Shown: positions 10,579 to 13,776 of the stretch, piece by piece
Position numbering within the stretch: position 1 is the stretch's first letter
Layout of the letters: each line of letters opens with the position of its first letter
Assembly (NCBI GenBank): GCA_964035545.1
Contig: CAXIUT010000109.1
Span: forward strand, 1 to 13,776
Origin: Bugula neritina
Lineage: Eukaryota; Animalia; Bryozoa
Direction of reading: 5' to 3'
DNA length: 13,776 nt
Notes under the pieces: model-generated
Told to the model about the DNA's origin: nothing
What the model saw: only the letters and a program-made list of their open reading frames with translations
Database searches by the model: none
Translations under genes and position numbers: made by a program

Positions 10579-11810
10579 ATGTGGGGATTTAAAATATTGT
10601 ATCGGGTTGGAAACTATCGGTATTTCAGAGAAATAGCCAACTACATGAAAATTAAAGTGCCTCCTATCAACAACTAAATCAATATGGACAACCATGTCAA
10701 ATGTACTGTTCACGGATTGAAATATCTCAATCCTTAAGTCTAAAATCATCAATAAAATATATAAACAATAGAAAATAATAATTCAATATAATCCAAATAG
10801 TAATCTTAAAAGAAAGACAATGTTTAAGATAGTGAATTAAAATACTAGTACAACGAACACCACAAATAATAACTACAATTCGACTAGGCCAAATAGATAT
10901 CAAAAAAGTTAGACTTAGATCTTAGTTTGATCCGGTAGGGAACGTAAGAGACCCAGCCAATATAAGCATTTCATCGATTTGCAAACACATTTATAAAGAA
11001 TACTACTAGACCCATATCAGAAAGAAAGGAAAATACCGTTTCAAGACTCTTAGACTCAGCGACAGAATATCCCAACACGACTTAAAAACTAAATACTAAA
11101 ATATAACAAGAATGCATAGACAAGGAGAAAGAAGATTCAAAATATAGAGCAATAATGATTCAGACAAATCATAAAAAATATTAAATAATTTGCATTGATG
11201 TTCAATAAAAAAGTATAGCCCCACCTAAAAATATTCAAAATCCCTCCCAAATACAAACAATAGGAACGATGGGTCTGCACTCTTCTGTTCGACTAGTAGA
11301 CTTAGATCAATCATAAAAAGATAAATAGAACTTGGAGAAATAAACTGCTATAATAGTCAAGATAGCAAGAATAAGAATAAGATAACTTGTAGTTTTAAGG
11401 AGATAGCTTATAGATGTAGCGATAGATGTTTTAAACCTTCAAATAACTCAACCTAAAACTACCACCGAAATATCAATAAATAGTCGACATCCAAAAACAA
11501 CTATAAAGTGACAAACTAGCATTATATAAGTTAGTAGCTAATTAACCAGAATAATAAAGCTAGTTTTAGTGGGATTAATAGGAATAGAAGTAATTTTAAT
11601 ATAAAAACAATAAATTCAATAGGTAGTTTTTCGGATAAAGAACGATAGAGGAAATAGTTAACTAGATGGAATAACTCAAAAAAAGTGGATATCAAAGTTA
11701 GGCCTATAAAGTCGCAAAATATAATCAATTAAAATTATAGTTGCAGTCTAAAATACAATCTAACTCTGATCTGTGATATCAATTGTAATGATTGTAATGA
11801 TTATAAATGA
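10579..11810 (+). CDS. Low-complexity hydrophilic hypothetical protein with an apparent frame break near 11340; structure uncertain
   Basis: One frame is open 10579-11511 and an overlapping frame is open 11199-11810. Both are E/K/N/S-rich and no clear intron joins them. Confidence 0.45.
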
Positions 11811-11877
11811 TAGCAGTTATAATTAATTAAAATCATATTTTGTATCACAAATACTCTAATAATAAATAATAAAAATA

Positions 11878-12258
11878 TCATAGTTTTTATTCTGACTAGA
11901 TCATTCTTCGATGAGTTCTAATTTATTTGGGACATAGATCATAGTGCAGTCCTTTGCTTTATTCAATGGCCTAAGAGATATGTTATACTTTGTAGACTCT
12001 AACTTTAAAACTCCTTTCCCTGCAATAAAAACAATATATCTTAATTCTATCTCTAATTTATTTATGGCATTTAGGACATATCATTTCTTTAGTCGCATCC
12101 TAAAAACAAGACAAATGATAATAATGGTTGCAAGGAGTCGTCATAACGAACCCATAAGTTCTACATAATTAACATTTCTTGTCCTAGTAATCGTCCTTTT
12201 TCCACTTAATATTATACTTCATAATAGTAAAACGCTAACTCTTATCACAGCACTTCAT
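11878..12258 (-). CDS. Small RING-H2 zinc finger protein, 126 aa
   Basis: C[E]LC-x10-CNHYYHLSC-x9-CPKC fits the C3H2C3 RING pattern, with an extra CFYC downstream; 381-nt open frame from ATG to TGA. Confidence 0.82.
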
Positions 12259-12342
12259 ATAATTACGACTAAACCAAACAACAAACACCAACAACCCCAC
12301 AAATATCAATATCAATACTATGTATTTATATTATTACCTACT

Positions 12343-13500
12343 ATGAAACCTATCATAACTGATTTTTATTTATTCTAGGCTTCTATATTATACTCATTAC
12401 ATGCCTTTTACTCAAAAGTAGTAGCCCCACAACAACTATGATAACATTCCTTTTATTATAATGGATATGACGTCTATAAATAACACTATCCTGCTCTAAC
12501 GTAGCGCTAGCATTTTTTAAGTAGACATTTTTGGAATATTATTTTAGAAGAACAAAATATAAAGGACAAATCGCAACGAGTATAAGTAGACGTATAGTTA
12601 GATTAGTAACATTCCTCCGGTAGAGTAGAATTGGTACCTATAGTAGCTATCATGATGATAAATACTATTGAAGTAAAGAAGTTAAACGACATCTTATCAT
12701 ATCGATTATTAAAATAGCATAATAACTATCTTTATAATCTTGTATTATATTAAACTACCAATAATTCAAATAATGACGGATCTCCAGGAAAGAGACGACT
12801 AGATGATGCAAAAGCTAAAAGAAATAGTTCCATAAGTATAAATAGAGTATATGTAGTTAAAGAAATAGATAGAGAGTGGGATAAGGAATCGTTTGTAGAT
12901 GAAATTGTCAAAATAGAAATAGAACAAAAGAAACATAATAAATGAATAGTATCAACTAAATATAAAAGAATAAATATAAAATAACAACAAATAAATCAAA
13001 TAAGTTTTAGGAATTACTTTGAATAGAATATAAAAACTAAAAAAATAAATCAATACCCATAAAATAAAAAAACTAACCTAATACTAATAAAACTAGCTGA
13101 TAGAACTAACTATAGAACAAATGTTCAATGATTAAAGTATGCTATAATAAGTTAAAACTAGAATCACACCCAAAATATAAAACAAAGTTAGACTATCTCT
13201 TGATAGGTAACTATAGGAAGGAATAGAAATGATGAGAAAAGATATGCAAAAACAAATTGGATAAGATAGATAGGAATGGACGCAAGAAAGAATATAATAT
13301 TGGACTAATCAGTCAGATATCTAGTTGTCAGAATTGGCTACCTAACATAATTAGTTGTCAATGAGAAAACAAAATATGGAAGCTGTTTTAGGTAGTAAAA
13401 AATTGTAAAAACAACAAGCTTAAAAAAGATGGAATCTAGTCACCTAAAATAATGCAAGAATAGCCCACTTGAAATCAGAATTGAAACACCTAAAACAAAG
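12343..13500 (+). pseudogene. Subtelomeric fragmented reading frame (pseudogene or unresolved gene)
   Basis: Coding-like A-rich + strand. The same frame is interrupted by TGA at 12439, 12943, 13129 and 13201; the longest open piece is 12442-12945. No motif recognised. Confidence 0.25.
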
Positions 13501-13511
13501 TAAATATTGAT

Positions 13512-13614
13512 TGTATTTGATATGTATTAGATATGTATTTGATATGTATTTGATTTGTATTTGATATCTATTTGATATGTATTTGATTTGTTATTTGATA
13601 TTTGATATTTGATA
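13512..13614. repeat. Subtelomeric minisatellite: about 8 copies of the 11-bp unit TGTATTTGATA, decaying into TTTGATA units
   Basis: Directly visible tandem units with single-base variants. Confidence 0.85.
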
Positions 13615-13695
13615 TTATTTATTGAGTTGATATTTTATAATTGATAATGATATTTAAAGATATATGAATAGTTTAATATTTAATATAAATAGATA

Positions 13696-13776
13696 GGGGT
13701 TGGGGTTGGGGTTGGGGTTGGGGTTGGGGTTGGGGTTGGGGTTGGGGTTGGGGTTGGGGTTGGGGTTGGGGTTGGG
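13696..13776 (+). repeat. Telomere (GGGGTT)n, 13.5 perfect repeats to the end of the window
   Basis: Perfect G4T2 array, G-rich strand running 5'->3' toward the end; the same unit as the Tetrahymena telomere. Confidence 0.98.

Noticed and set aside
13512-13614. CRISPR-like array
   Set aside because: These are contiguous 11-bp tandem units without spacers in a eukaryotic subtelomere.
13615-13695. Known chromosome breakage signal (Tetrahymena Cbs or Euplotes TTGAA)
   Set aside because: No match is seen next to the telomere, and the Tetrahymena Cbs is removed during breakage anyway.
1-13776. Standard ciliate code (TAR=Gln) or a split TAA/TAG code
   Set aside because: TAA sits at invariant Glu positions, and TAG interchanges with GAA and TAA in the paralogues. 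The single ambiguous site (OGFOD1 SFH[TAG]V) is variable among orthologues.

Overview
AT-rich eukaryotic DNA from the end of a ciliate macronuclear chromosome: about 14 tightly packed genes, a short subtelomeric minisatellite and a terminal (GGGGTT)n telomere. The supplied ORF track is largely misleading because TAA and TAG are sense codons here. Conserved motifs (PRMT5 catalytic Glu, Rad6/UBC2, Myb, SRR1) and alignment columns among three tandem paralogues show that both encode GLUTAMATE, not the glutamine usual in ciliates. This is the peritrich-type code (NCBI table 30), with TGA as the only stop. Re-read that way, the window holds: the 3' end of PRMT5, an RPB9-like subunit, an SRR1-like gene, a C2H2 zinc finger gene, three Cys-rich paralogues of unknown function, two hypothetical genes, a Rad6/UBC2-type E2, a compact OGFOD1/Tpa1, a Myb/SANT gene, a putative mitochondrial protein, a low-complexity gene with a frame break, a RING-H2 gene and a fragmented subtelomeric ORF. 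All six introns found are 20-23 nt long. All translations were done by hand and family assignments rest on recognised motifs, not database searches.
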